In this document: one piece after another, positions 20,816 through 28,925 of the stretch
Layout of the letters: every line of letters starts with the position of its first letter
Position numbering within the stretch: position 1 is the first letter of the stretch
IMG/VR virus record: IMGVR_UViG_3300036831_000148
Coordinates: 1 to 64,000 of that record
DNA: 64,000 bases
Strand: one strand, 5' to 3'
DNA from: a virus
The notes under the pieces: model-generated
What the model saw: the letters and a program-made list of their open reading frames with translations, nothing else
What the model was told of the DNA's origin: nothing
Database searches by the model: none
Translations under genes and position numbers: made by a program

Positions 20816-20996
20816 GAGGCGTCACCTCCCCCGTGGCCGCAGCGCGCATCAGGCCTAGTTCGGCCACGGCGGTGTCGTAAGCCTCGCGCCAGGTCTCCCG
20901 TTCGCCGGTTGACCGCAGGCCCGGCGAGCGCACGTCCCAGCGCCAGTAGCCGCCTGTCTTGTAGACCTGAGCGTGCCAGGGCTTGTCCGGCGTCAT
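20763..20996 (-). CDS. Hypothetical small protein (MTPDKPWHAQ...)
   Basis: ATG coupled to the stop of the upstream small ORF; overlaps the TMP start. Confidence 0.35.
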   Translation of the reverse strand: MTPDKPWHAQVYKTGGYWRWDVRSPGLRSTGERETWREAYDTAVAELGLMRAAATGEVTPRGLRGPGVLVRHLQGDR

Positions 20997-21148
20997 CAGT
21001 TCTCGCCTGCTTCGATGCCGTCGGCCGCGTTCTGCAGCATTTTCACGAGGGCCATGCACCATAGGCCGTCTGGCCTGGTTGAGTACTCCCTCACGACCTC
21101 TGCGGCGTCCCGCAGCGTCTGGGCGTCAGCCGGCCGGTTACGTTCCAT
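20996..21148 (-). CDS. Hypothetical 50-aa protein (MERNRPADAQ...)
   Basis: Hand translation; ATG overlaps the stop of the chaperone extension. Confidence 0.4.
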   Translation of the reverse strand: MERNRPADAQTLRDAAEVVREYSTRPDGLWCMALVKMLQNAADGIEAGEN

Positions 21149-22157
21149 CACTCACGCCCCGGCATCGGCGGCGGGCCGCCCATCCTCGCCATGAACGCCT
21201 CGTACGACCCGGCCGCGTTGGAGGCCTCCACCCCGGCTTCCGGGTCCGCCGCCACCTTGCCGAACCGCGGGTCGTCCTCGATCGAGTCGGCGACCTTCGG
21301 GCCGCGGATGCGGTCCAGTTCCTGCTCCTCGGGGGACTTGGCGCCGAAGATGTCAATGGCGTGGGCCATCTCGACCAGCGGGTTCTTCCCGCCGGTCTTG
21401 CTGGTGTCAATCCACGCCTGCGCGCCGATGAAGCTGCAGACCACCTTCACCTGCCATTCGGCCAGCCGCAGCCGGCCTAGCTGCTCTCTCTCCCGCCGCC
21501 CCCGGACGGCCTCCAGGCACTGCCGCAGCCGGCAGACCGGGAGGTCTAGGACGTACTCGTCTGTCCACCCGTACTCGTGGCTGAGGACGTCGAACGCGCT
21601 CGCGAACGCGCCGGCGAGCTGAGCTCCTGCGGAGTCATCTCCGGGACCGGGGCGTCCTTGTCCTGCCCGGTCGCCTGGAAGACCTTGAACGTCCGCTGGA
21701 GCTTTTTTCCCAGGGCCTGCAGCTCCGGGGCCTCGATCCGGACGATGACCTCAATCAGGTCAAGGGTGTCGTCCATGTCCGGGTTGTGCAGGTCCTCGTT
21801 GAACCGGGTCCACAGTTCGTCGTTGCCCTCCTTCTCCTGCTTGGTGAGCTGGGAGGCGGGCTTGTCGGTGATGCCCAGCGGGCGGCACATGGAGGCGAGG
21901 AAGCCGATCGCCTCCTGCTCGGCGTCGGGGATCGACATCACCACGAGCATGAGCAGCTTCTGGCCGAACTCCTCGCCCCCGGCGGCGAAGTCAAGCCCGC
22001 TCTGGGTGAGCGCCGGGCCGGCCCCGTGGGTGAGGACCCTCAGCAGCCGGAAGAACTGACGGGTGCGCATCCGGACCACCTCTACCTCAAGGCCGGTTGA
22101 CAGCTTGCAGGTTTCCGCCTGCGGGTCAATGCGGTCCAGCTCGCTGTTGTCCGGCAT
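21148..22157 (-). CDS. Tail assembly chaperone, long (-1 frameshift, G-T) form
   Basis: The -1 frame after the slippery site is open to 21148 and encodes FDVLSHEYGWTDEYVLDLP, typical of the T portion. Confidence 0.8.
21546..22157 (-). CDS. Tail assembly chaperone (G form)
   Basis: Between major tail and TMP; GGAGG RBS before MPDNSEL. Confidence 0.8.
   Translation of the reverse strand: MPDNSELDRIDPQAETCKLSTGLEVEVVRMRTRQFFRLLRVLTHGAGPALTQSGLDFAAGGEEFGQKLLMLVVMSIPDAEQEAIGFLASMCRPLGITDKPASQLTKQEKEGNDELWTRFNEDLHNPDMDDTLDLIEVIVRIEAPELQALGKKLQRTFKVFQATGQDKDAPVPEMTPQELSSPARSRARSTSSATSTGGQTSTS
21702..21711 (-). other. Programmed -1 frameshift slippery site G GGA AAA AAG
   Basis: In-frame X XXY YYZ heptamer; frame arithmetic links it to the 21148..21450 ORF. 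Confidence 0.85.
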
Positions 22158-22586
22158 CGGGCCTCCCGGGCCTCTCGGGGTCAGATGCCGGGACAATCGG
22201 CGGGCACGCGAAAGGCGGCGGGCACCAGGGAGAGGCCAAGCTCCCGGGGCAACGCGCCCGCCGCCTTCAACCGCAGACCCCTCGCCCGGACCACGAGCCG
22301 TAAGGAGCGACAAGCCCACTGTACGGGCGTCCAAGGTTGTCCAGCCGGGCGCCGGACAGTACCGGACGTTCCCGGACGAAAGCCCGGACAACGCAAAGAG
22401 GGCCTGCCCTCCGGGGGAAAAGGCAGGCCCTGCGGGCACGGCCGGCACCCAGTTGCCTTTGCCGAACAAGCCCCGGTGGGCCGCGCCGCAGTCACTGTAC
22501 CGCAGTCAAGCAGAACGGCGCTCCCTCACCCTGAAGAGAGAGCGCCGCCCTGTTAGAGCCAATGTGGCCATTCCGCCGGACCCAGT

Positions 22587-22808
22587 CTACGGGTGAGCCC
22601 CGCTGGTGTCGTCCAGTTCGGGGTCCTGCTGCTGCGCCTCCAGCGCCTCGCCGCCGGTCACCACGTTGTCCGCCTGCTCGGGCTTGTCCTCGTCGGGCGC
22701 GTCCACCCCGGCCCCTGGCTGGCCCTGGCCCATGGCCGCGGTGCCGGGCAGCGGCTCCTCCGCAGGCTCGCCGTGCTTGCCCTTCTTCGGCTTCTCGTGG
22801 CGCCCCAC
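22587..22808 (-). CDS. Small charged low-complexity protein
   Basis: GTG 2 nt after the major tail stop. Confidence 0.4.
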   Translation of the reverse strand: MGRHEKPKKGKHGEPAEEPLPGTAAMGQGQPGAGVDAPDEDKPEQADNVVTGGEALEAQQQDPELDDTSGAHP

Positions 22809-22810
22809 GG

Positions 22811-23470
22811 CTAGACCACCGTCCCGCCGCCGGCCCCGAACGGCTCGGGCACGAACGCGCCCGTCTCGGTGCCGGGCAGGGACACCAGGCGGCCAATGGC
22901 GGTACCCGCCGAGCCGGAGGTGCCGCCGTAGGCGGAGGGCAGGCTCTGGCCGATCTCGTTCACCGTGCTGAACAGCGCGCGGCCCGCGATGCTGCAGCTC
23001 AGGCCGGTCTTGTAGCTGGGCCCGGTGAAGTTGAAAGGCTGGAACTGTACCCTGTACAGGATGAAGTCCAGCGTCCGGATCTGCCCGCCGGCGTCCTTGG
23101 ACGGCACCCGGATGGCCAGCGGCTGGGTGACCTGGTTCATGCTCGCCAGGGTCCACAGCGGGATCGCGTAGTAGTCCGCGCCAGCCGCACCGGACGAGGT
23201 GACGCTCGTGCCGGTGATGTAGGCGATGGTGCTGAAGGGGATGTAGCCCTCTTCAATGGTGACGTTCGCGAAGTTGATCCAGAAGTGCTCCGAGAGAACG
23301 ACATCATCGCCAGTGTTCTCGAAGTTTCCCTGGTCCGTGCTGATGGTGCCGTTGCGGACACCGTAAACGGTCGCGCCCTCGGCGCCGGTGGACCCGTTCA
23401 GGATGGCGGCGTGGCTAAGGCTGAAGCCCTCGAACGGGGTGCCGGCATAACTGTTGCTGGCGGTAGGCAT
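22811..23470 (-). CDS. Major tail protein
   Basis: 219 aa; FSLSHAAI...VYGVR...ENTGDD motif; AGGAGG RBS; upstream of the chaperone and TMP. Confidence 0.8.
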   Translation of the reverse strand: MPTASNSYAGTPFEGFSLSHAAILNGSTGAEGATVYGVRNGTISTDQGNFENTGDDVVLSEHFWINFANVTIEEGYIPFSTIAYITGTSVTSSGAAGADYYAIPLWTLASMNQVTQPLAIRVPSKDAGGQIRTLDFILYRVQFQPFNFTGPSYKTGLSCSIAGRALFSTVNEIGQSLPSAYGGTSGSAGTAIGRLVSLPGTETGAFVPEPFGAGGGTVV

Positions 23471-23523
23471 CGGTCGTTCGCCCTCCTGCGGTGGCCATCG
23501 GACTCGCAGGCTTAATCGGCGGG

Positions 23524-23967
23524 CTAGCTGTGGTAGACCTTCGCGCAGTCCACCGGCGCGAACGTGCTGTCCACGAAGCTGAGGAACTTCTGCTCCTGGG
23601 CCTTCTGGACCGCGGTCCTCGGCGGGCCGGAAAGCTGGAAGAGGTACTGCCAGAGCTGGCGCTGCTCGGCCCGGGTGTCGTTGCTGGAGGCGCAACTGGC
23701 CAGTTGCGAGGCGTGCAGGGTGGAGTTCTGGCTGAGCGCGCTGACGGTCAGCAGGGCGACCACCACGGTCAGCACCACGTCCAGCACGATGGAGACGGCC
23801 AGCCCGATGGCCAGGTGCCTGGTACGGCGGCTGGCGGCCCGGTCCCGCGCCTGGGCCGTGCTGACTTCCTGCAGGCGCACGGACACCTTGTCTAGCAGGT
23901 CCGCCAGTTCGGTGATCCGCCCCCACAGGTCTGCCGGGTAAGTCGCCCCGTCACCTGCCGTCGTCAT
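23524..23967 (-). CDS. Membrane protein (lysis accessory/spanin-like)
   Basis: One TM segment plus two Cys in the C-terminal domain; lies in the lysis region. Confidence 0.5.
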   Translation of the reverse strand: MTTAGDGATYPADLWGRITELADLLDKVSVRLQEVSTAQARDRAASRRTRHLAIGLAVSIVLDVVLTVVVALLTVSALSQNSTLHASQLASCASSNDTRAEQRQLWQYLFQLSGPPRTAVQKAQEQKFLSFVDSTFAPVDCAKVYHS

Positions 23968-24169
23968 CGCCCCTCTTCTCGTCAGCGGACTCCTGCAGGG
24001 CGGCCGATGCCCTGGCGAGCGACGCCCTGAGCTCGCCGACCAGCGTGTCGGCGTCAGTGAGGAGCTTGTCGATCTCGCGGTCTTTGTCCCTCAAATCGGT
24101 CATCGCGTCCGCGTGCTCACGAAGCGCCGGCGCCGGCGTCGGTGTCCTGGACTGCCACGGAAAGCGCAT
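23951..24169 (-). CDS. Coiled-coil hypothetical protein
   Basis: 72 aa; GGAGG RBS. Confidence 0.5.
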   Translation of the reverse strand: MRFPWQSRTPTPAPALREHADAMTDLRDKDREIDKLLTDADTLVGELRASLARASAALQESADEKRGDDDGR

Positions 24170-24512
24170 GCCCGCCTCCCTTCACCAGGGCGAGGATCTC
24201 GCGCGCCAGCCTGACGTCCTCGGCCACGGCCGCAGACAGGCTCATTACGGCGGTGTTGACCTCGGTCAGCACCGGGAACGTCTGCTGCGTGTAAGCCTCG
24301 ATGAGCCGGTCCCGCTGCTCCTCGGCCTTGTCCTTCTCGGCGAGCAGCATGGCGCGCATGTCCTGGGCCTGCGCCCACAGGACGGCGGCGTCCGACGTCG
24401 CGACCCGGCCACTGGAGGCCCGGCGGGCGACCCAGTGGCCAGCCAGCGCGCTGAGCACCCCGGACACGGCTACCGCGACCGAGATGTAGGCGGCCAGGGT
24501 CGTGACGTCCAC
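24117..24512 (-). CDS. Putative holin-like membrane protein
   Basis: N-terminal TM segment plus coiled coil; follows the peptidase gene. Confidence 0.5.
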   Translation of the reverse strand: MDVTTLAAYISVAVAVSGVLSALAGHWVARRASSGRVATSDAAVLWAQAQDMRAMLLAEKDKAEEQRDRLIEAYTQQTFPVLTEVNTAVMSLSAAVAEDVRLAREILALVKGGGHALSVAVQDTDAGAGAS

Positions 24513-24517
24513 GGCGG

Positions 24518-25315
24518 CTACAGGTGCTGCATGTCCGACAGGAGCTGCTGCAGGTCCAGGCCCTCCACCGAGGTCCCGTTGGCCCGCACCCAGTCCTGCG
24601 TGACCACCGCCCACGCCTCCTCCGCAGCGCCCGCCTGGAAGCCCGTGGTAGCTGCCTGCAGCGCCCCCCAGGTGACGTACTCCAGCGGCGCGCCGCCGCT
24701 GCCCTTGCGCCGCTGCAGGCAGATGGCGTGCCCGCCGATCTCCTCCGCGCCCGGGTCCCACGTCCACGGCTGGCCGCCGCCGAACTCGTCCTCCATCTGC
24801 TGCTGCACGTTGATGCCGACGTACACCGAGCCGAACACGTCCAGCACCTGGCCGAGCAGGCCCTCGTCAGCCGGGTTGCCGAGCGCCGCGTACCCGGCCA
24901 CCTTGTGCAGCCTGCCGCTGGTGTCGGTGATGCCGTGCGAGCGCTGGTCGGCGAGCACGTCGGCCATGACGCAGCCCTGGTCGGTGGACGGGTCACCGGG
25001 CACGTAGCCGCCGACGCGCGAGTACACCGCCTGGACCGCGTCGTCGGGGAACAGCGCCTCGGAGCCCGCCGCGTAGCGGGTCCACGCGCCGTACATGTGG
25101 CCGATCGCGGCGATGGTGCAGTCGCCCAACTGGTCGTTGAGGTACATGGGCCAGGAGGTGACCTCGCTGGCGTAGTCCACGTCCTGGGTAAGCGGGACTG
25201 CGGGCAGCCCGCCGCGGCGCATCGGCGCGCGCGGGTCCAGGTAGCGCTCCAGGGTCAGCCTGGGGCGGCTGCGGTCCATGGGCCTGCGCCCGTACTTGCC
25301 GGCCTGGCGGGACAT
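24518..25315 (-). CDS. Papain-like cysteine peptidase (candidate endolysin)
   Basis: NDQLGDCTIAA, GGHAI and TWG motifs; AGGAGG RBS; next to membrane proteins. Confidence 0.65.
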   Translation of the reverse strand: MSRQAGKYGRRPMDRSRPRLTLERYLDPRAPMRRGGLPAVPLTQDVDYASEVTSWPMYLNDQLGDCTIAAIGHMYGAWTRYAAGSEALFPDDAVQAVYSRVGGYVPGDPSTDQGCVMADVLADQRSHGITDTSGRLHKVAGYAALGNPADEGLLGQVLDVFGSVYVGINVQQQMEDEFGGGQPWTWDPGAEEIGGHAICLQRRKGSGGAPLEYVTWGALQAATTGFQAGAAEEAWAVVTQDWVRANGTSVEGLDLQQLLSDMQHL

Positions 25316-25384
25316 GCGGCCTCCTGATACGGCGAAAGGCGAGCCGGAGGAAACCGGCTCGCCTTTCCGAATCGGAGGCAGTGA

Positions 25385-25891
25385 CTAACGGCGCATTCGA
25401 GGGCGTCGGTTACGCGCCTGCGTTAGCCAGTCCACCCAGCGAAGGTTTCCTGGCTCGTAGTCCCCTTCGTTGTCTTCCCGGTCAAGCGACATCCCTGGAG
25501 GACATGACCCTAGCTCCCTCTCTACGTATTCGATGAAGAACCTCGGGTCGTGGAATGCCTCGTGCACGCGGATACCCCTGGCTCCGTACCAGCGGTAATT
25601 AGTGGCGGCCGGGTTGTAACAGCGGTTCATCATTCCCGACCAGTGGCTGAACAGCGGGTTCTTGGTTGCCCCGCCCCACCGGGCCGTCGCCTTGTTCCGC
25701 TCGGCAAGCTGCTCGCGCCTGATGCATCCGCACGATTGAGTGCGCCCGTGAACAAGATGCTTGACCAGTGCTGTTTTCGTGCCGCCACACGAGCAACTGC
25801 ACAGCGCAGCCCTCGCACCGTGCAGTTGCTCGCTGGGGTTTATGACGGTCAGCCTGCCAAACTGCTGACCTGCTTGCACTGTGAGCTTCAC
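25385..25891 (-). CDS. HNH homing endonuclease
   Basis: FGRLTV, CSCG, SCGC, RCYNP...YGARGI and SLDREDNEGDYEPGNLRW motifs. Confidence 0.85.
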   Translation of the reverse strand: MKLTVQAGQQFGRLTVINPSEQLHGARAALCSCSCGGTKTALVKHLVHGRTQSCGCIRREQLAERNKATARWGGATKNPLFSHWSGMMNRCYNPAATNYRWYGARGIRVHEAFHDPRFFIEYVERELGSCPPGMSLDREDNEGDYEPGNLRWVDWLTQARNRRPRMRR

Positions 25892-25895
25892 AGCT

Positions 25896-26708
25896 TCAAG
25901 TATAGGGCACTACGGCGTCAAAACCCCGTAAGCACCCGTCGTAGGGCGCCCATGCGCTGTACCCTCCCTGAGCAACCTCCTGAGCAAACGCCTGGTTCTG
26001 CTCGGCCACGGAGGCGTTTTCCGGCAAGCCACTGTGCCCGAGAGCGTGCCAGGTTGACGGCAGAAACTGGTAGAGGCCGCCCGCGCCCGAGGCCGGGTTC
26101 ACCACCTGGCTGTTGCCGCCGGACTCGCGGGCGATGATGCACGCCTGCATAGAGCCAGGCGGGCCGGACACGGCGGCTGCGGCCAGGCGGGGCGCGGCGG
26201 GGCGCAGCCGTGCCGGGGCCGGGCGGGCGGGCTGCTGCGCGGCCTGCGGGCGCGCCGGGACCGCTGTGGCCCGCATGACGGGCGCGGGCGGCGCGGCGGG
26301 CTGGCCGGCCGGGGTCGGGTAGCGGTCAGCGACCGCCTGCGCCGCAGCCTGGCAGGCAAGCCGGAACACCTGCCCGGCGTAGATGAGGTCCGGGTCCCGG
26401 ACCTCGTTGTTGTAGGCCAGGGACAGGTAGTCGCCCGGGTCGCCGCAGAACCTCCCGGCGATCGAGGACAGCGTGTCGCCCGGCCGGACCAGGTAGCGGT
26501 CCAGGACCGCGAGCCTGTGCACGGTCACCGGGGACACCTGCTGGACGCTGGCGGAGTCCGCCGCCGGCTCCATCAGGGGCACGGCCCGGGGGGCGGCAGC
26601 CTGGGCGGGGGCGAGCGGGACGGCCACGGCGAGGGCTGCGGCGAGGGTGCCCGCGGCGGCCAGGAGCGGACGGCTGTTAGACGGGCGCGCGTGAAGCGGT
26701 GAGTACAT
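25896..26708 (-). CDS. Secreted LysM + Rpf-like lytic transglycosylase
   Basis: Signal peptide; LysM (YLVRPGDTLSSIA...NEVRDPDLIYAGQ); CIIARESGGN...GGLYQFLPSTW...EQ...W catalytic domain. Confidence 0.85.
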   Translation of the reverse strand: MYSPLHARPSNSRPLLAAAGTLAAALAVAVPLAPAQAAAPRAVPLMEPAADSASVQQVSPVTVHRLAVLDRYLVRPGDTLSSIAGRFCGDPGDYLSLAYNNEVRDPDLIYAGQVFRLACQAAAQAVADRYPTPAGQPAAPPAPVMRATAVPARPQAAQQPARPAPARLRPAAPRLAAAAVSGPPGSMQACIIARESGGNSQVVNPASGAGGLYQFLPSTWHALGHSGLPENASVAEQNQAFAQEVAQGGYSAWAPYDGCLRGFDAVVPYT

Positions 26709-26844
26709 GCGTTGTCTCCCCGCCAGGCGGGGGCGCCGTGCCGTTTCCCTGCTGGCGCGCGCCCCCGCCTGGCGGGAGACGCCGGCGCTCCCGCCAGGCT
26801 GACGGCGGTCTGGTGCGGTCGTGAGGGAGACGGTAACACCGCTA

Positions 26845-27456
26845 TCACCAGGGCCGCAGGGAAACAGGGCCAGACGGCTTCAGGAGCCGCGCCTGCAGGA
26901 GGCCGGCCAGGTCCCCCGGCTTGACGTAGCCCTCCCAGCGCCTGTCGTCAAAGAGCTGCACGCCGTTCAGCCGGCAGGCGGCGTCCACGTACTGGCTGCA
27001 GATCATGTGGCCGGTTGACTTGATGAACTCGCGCAGCCCCGGGAAGTTCAGGTGCGCCGCGTGCAGCACCAGCGCGCCGTAGTCGGCGAACGAGTAGCCG
27101 GTGTCCTGGTGAGCTGCCGCCCAGGAGACGATGCCGGTCCGCTGGGCGCCGGTCAGGTCGATGAGGCCGGACGACCAGAGGGAGCCCGGCAGTTCCCAGG
27201 CCGGGCAGGGCAGCGCCCGCTTGCCGTTCCCGGCCGGGTACGTGCTGACCGTGTAGCCGTACGGCCCGGCCGCGTCCGCCTTCCCGATGTAGACCTCAGC
27301 GTGGTCGTAGAACTGGAACCGGTCGCCGCCCAGCCACTGCCCCACGGTGATGCCGAGCCCGACCGGCCCGGAGACCGGCACGCAGCAGAAGTCGCCGGGC
27401 CTGGGCCGGGTGACGGCGACGGGGGCGGGCCACGCGGGCACGGCTCGGTAGTGCAC
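26845..27456 (-). CDS. Permuted NlpC/P60 (YiiX/YaeF-like) enzyme
   Basis: PGDF...YDHAEVYIG...YSF...ICSQYV (His precedes Cys). Confidence 0.7.
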   Translation of the reverse strand: MHYRAVPAWPAPVAVTRPRPGDFCCVPVSGPVGLGITVGQWLGGDRFQFYDHAEVYIGKADAAGPYGYTVSTYPAGNGKRALPCPAWELPGSLWSSGLIDLTGAQRTGIVSWAAAHQDTGYSFADYGALVLHAAHLNFPGLREFIKSTGHMICSQYVDAACRLNGVQLFDDRRWEGYVKPGDLAGLLQARLLKPSGPVSLRPW

Positions 27457-27462
27457 GCGCGG

Positions 27463-27705
27463 CTAATCGGACCGCGCCCCGTGCACCTTCAGCAGCCACT
27501 CGACGCCGGCCACGTGGCCCTTGATGTCCTCGCACGCCCCGCCTGACTCGGGGAAGCAGCGGTGGTACAGGTGACGGCGCAGCCGCCTGGTCCGCCCTAT
27601 TACCACACTGCCCTCCGCCCGCGGGCGGCCAAGCCAGATGACGTACCAGTCAGGGCCCTGCCTCTCGCGGTGCACGCCAGGCGGCATGAACCGCATGCCC
27701 GGCAA
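27463..27705 (-). CDS. Hypothetical protein
   Basis: 80-aa ORF in the operon. Confidence 0.4.
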   Translation of the reverse strand: MPGMRFMPPGVHRERQGPDWYVIWLGRPRAEGSVVIGRTRRLRRHLYHRCFPESGGACEDIKGHVAGVEWLLKVHGARSD

Positions 27706-28131
27706 CTAGGACACCTGGCTGAGCATGATGCCGGCCGTCCTCTCCATCAGGTGGTTCTGGTAGTCCCGCTCCAGGGCGTACGCATAGGTGTAGTTGACCT
27801 TCCTCCCGGTCCGGTGCTCGTGAACTTCACCGCCGCGGCCCTGGTCCGCTGCCCACGCGCGCAGCCCGGCCCGCCACTTGCGCGCCTCCGACGACCCTGG
27901 CAGGAAGCCGTGCGGCATTGCCGGGGAATCCTCGCCCTCCCTGGGCAGCCTCGTCGCTACGGCCAGCCAGGGCTCCAGGTCGGCGTCCAGCAGCCGCGCG
28001 TTCTCTGCGGTCAGGTCAATGCGGTACCGCCTGCCGCGGTGCTCGATCACCAGCCGCTCGGCTGCCTCGACCCGCTCGCCCCGCTCGCCCTTGATGCGGT
28101 CGTCCCATACCCTGACCAGAACCTCTTCCAT
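27706..28131 (-). CDS. lsr2: Lsr2-like nucleoid-associated protein
   Basis: V.WDD...YRIDLTAENARLLDADLEPWL oligomerisation domain; LRAWAADQG C-terminal domain. Confidence 0.7.
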   Translation of the reverse strand: MEEVLVRVWDDRIKGERGERVEAAERLVIEHRGRRYRIDLTAENARLLDADLEPWLAVATRLPREGEDSPAMPHGFLPGSSEARKWRAGLRAWAADQGRGGEVHEHRTGRKVNYTYAYALERDYQNHLMERTAGIMLSQVS

Positions 28132-28598
28132 CAGGCACCGCTGAAGTGGACGGGCGCGACCACCGGGCGGGGCTCCTCCTCGGCGTACTCGTCGGCCAGG
28201 CTGGTGATCGCCCGGCCCATGAACTCGCGCAGTTGCGCTTCCCCGCGGCGGTACTGCACGCCGCGCATCAGCCGCCGCCCGCGCGGCTCTCCCGCCGGCA
28301 GCCGCACCCACTCCTGGCCGTAGACGATGCTCCGCTTCAGGTGCCCGTCCACCGCGCCGCCCGGGTGGGTGTAGGTGACCCCGGTCACCGCCATGCAGGC
28401 CAGGCACGGCTCCATCAGCTTGTACCGGCCCTCGCTCGCGAACATGACGCTCACCCCGCGCGGGATGGGCTTCGGCGGCTCCCACTCGTCCAGCGCGAAC
28501 CTGTGGTGACCTGCCCGGCACCGGATCTGCCTGGTGGGGATGTCCTCCGGGTGCGTGCCCTCGGAGGGCCCGGCTACCCTCAGCCTTCGGTCGTTCAT
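28131..28598 (-). CDS. Hypothetical Cys/His protein
   Basis: 155 aa; CxxxxH and CxxC motifs; GGAGGTGAGG RBS. Confidence 0.55.
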   Translation of the reverse strand: MNDRRLRVAGPSEGTHPEDIPTRQIRCRAGHHRFALDEWEPPKPIPRGVSVMFASEGRYKLMEPCLACMAVTGVTYTHPGGAVDGHLKRSIVYGQEWVRLPAGEPRGRRLMRGVQYRRGEAQLREFMGRAITSLADEYAEEEPRPVVAPVHFSGA

Positions 28599-28649
28599 TA
28601 AAACCTCACCTCCGGTGGTGAGGCTACAGCGTTATCACAGCGCTGTCTT

Positions 28650-28925
28650 TCAGACCGGCTCCCCGTTCACCAGCGTCTCCACCAGGTTGCCGGCCAGGTC
28701 AAAACGGTGCAGCACCCGCGTCACGCTGCGGCGCTGCCTGCGCAACCGCAGCCGGCAGTCCTCGCACGGCAGCTCGATCAGGTTGTCGGGGTGCACGTAG
28801 CTGGGGATCTCCCCGGAGATGCGCAGCTTGAACAGCAGCCGGCCCGGCCTGCAGTAGCCGTCCGGCAACTCCGTCGGCACCGGGCAGCGGACCTCCACCT
28901 CCTCCGCGGTCACTGCCGGGGCCAC
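28650..28925 (-). CDS. Small zinc-ribbon protein (Com-like)
   Basis: VRCP...C...RLLFK...IELPCEDC. Confidence 0.5.
   Translation of the reverse strand: MAPAVTAEEVEVRCPVPTELPDGYCRPGRLLFKLRISGEIPSYVHPDNLIELPCEDCRLRLRRQRRSVTRVLHRFDLAGNLVETLVNGEPV

Noticed and set aside
14546-21064. Very long + strand ORFs (1304 aa and 795 aa; also 4111..7083 and many others)
   Set aside because: Antisense shadows of high-GC3 minus-strand genes, with no motifs or RBS.
26709-26845. c-di-AMP (ydaO) riboswitch before the rpf-like gene
   Set aside because: The conserved aptamer words are not found; reported instead as an unknown switch.
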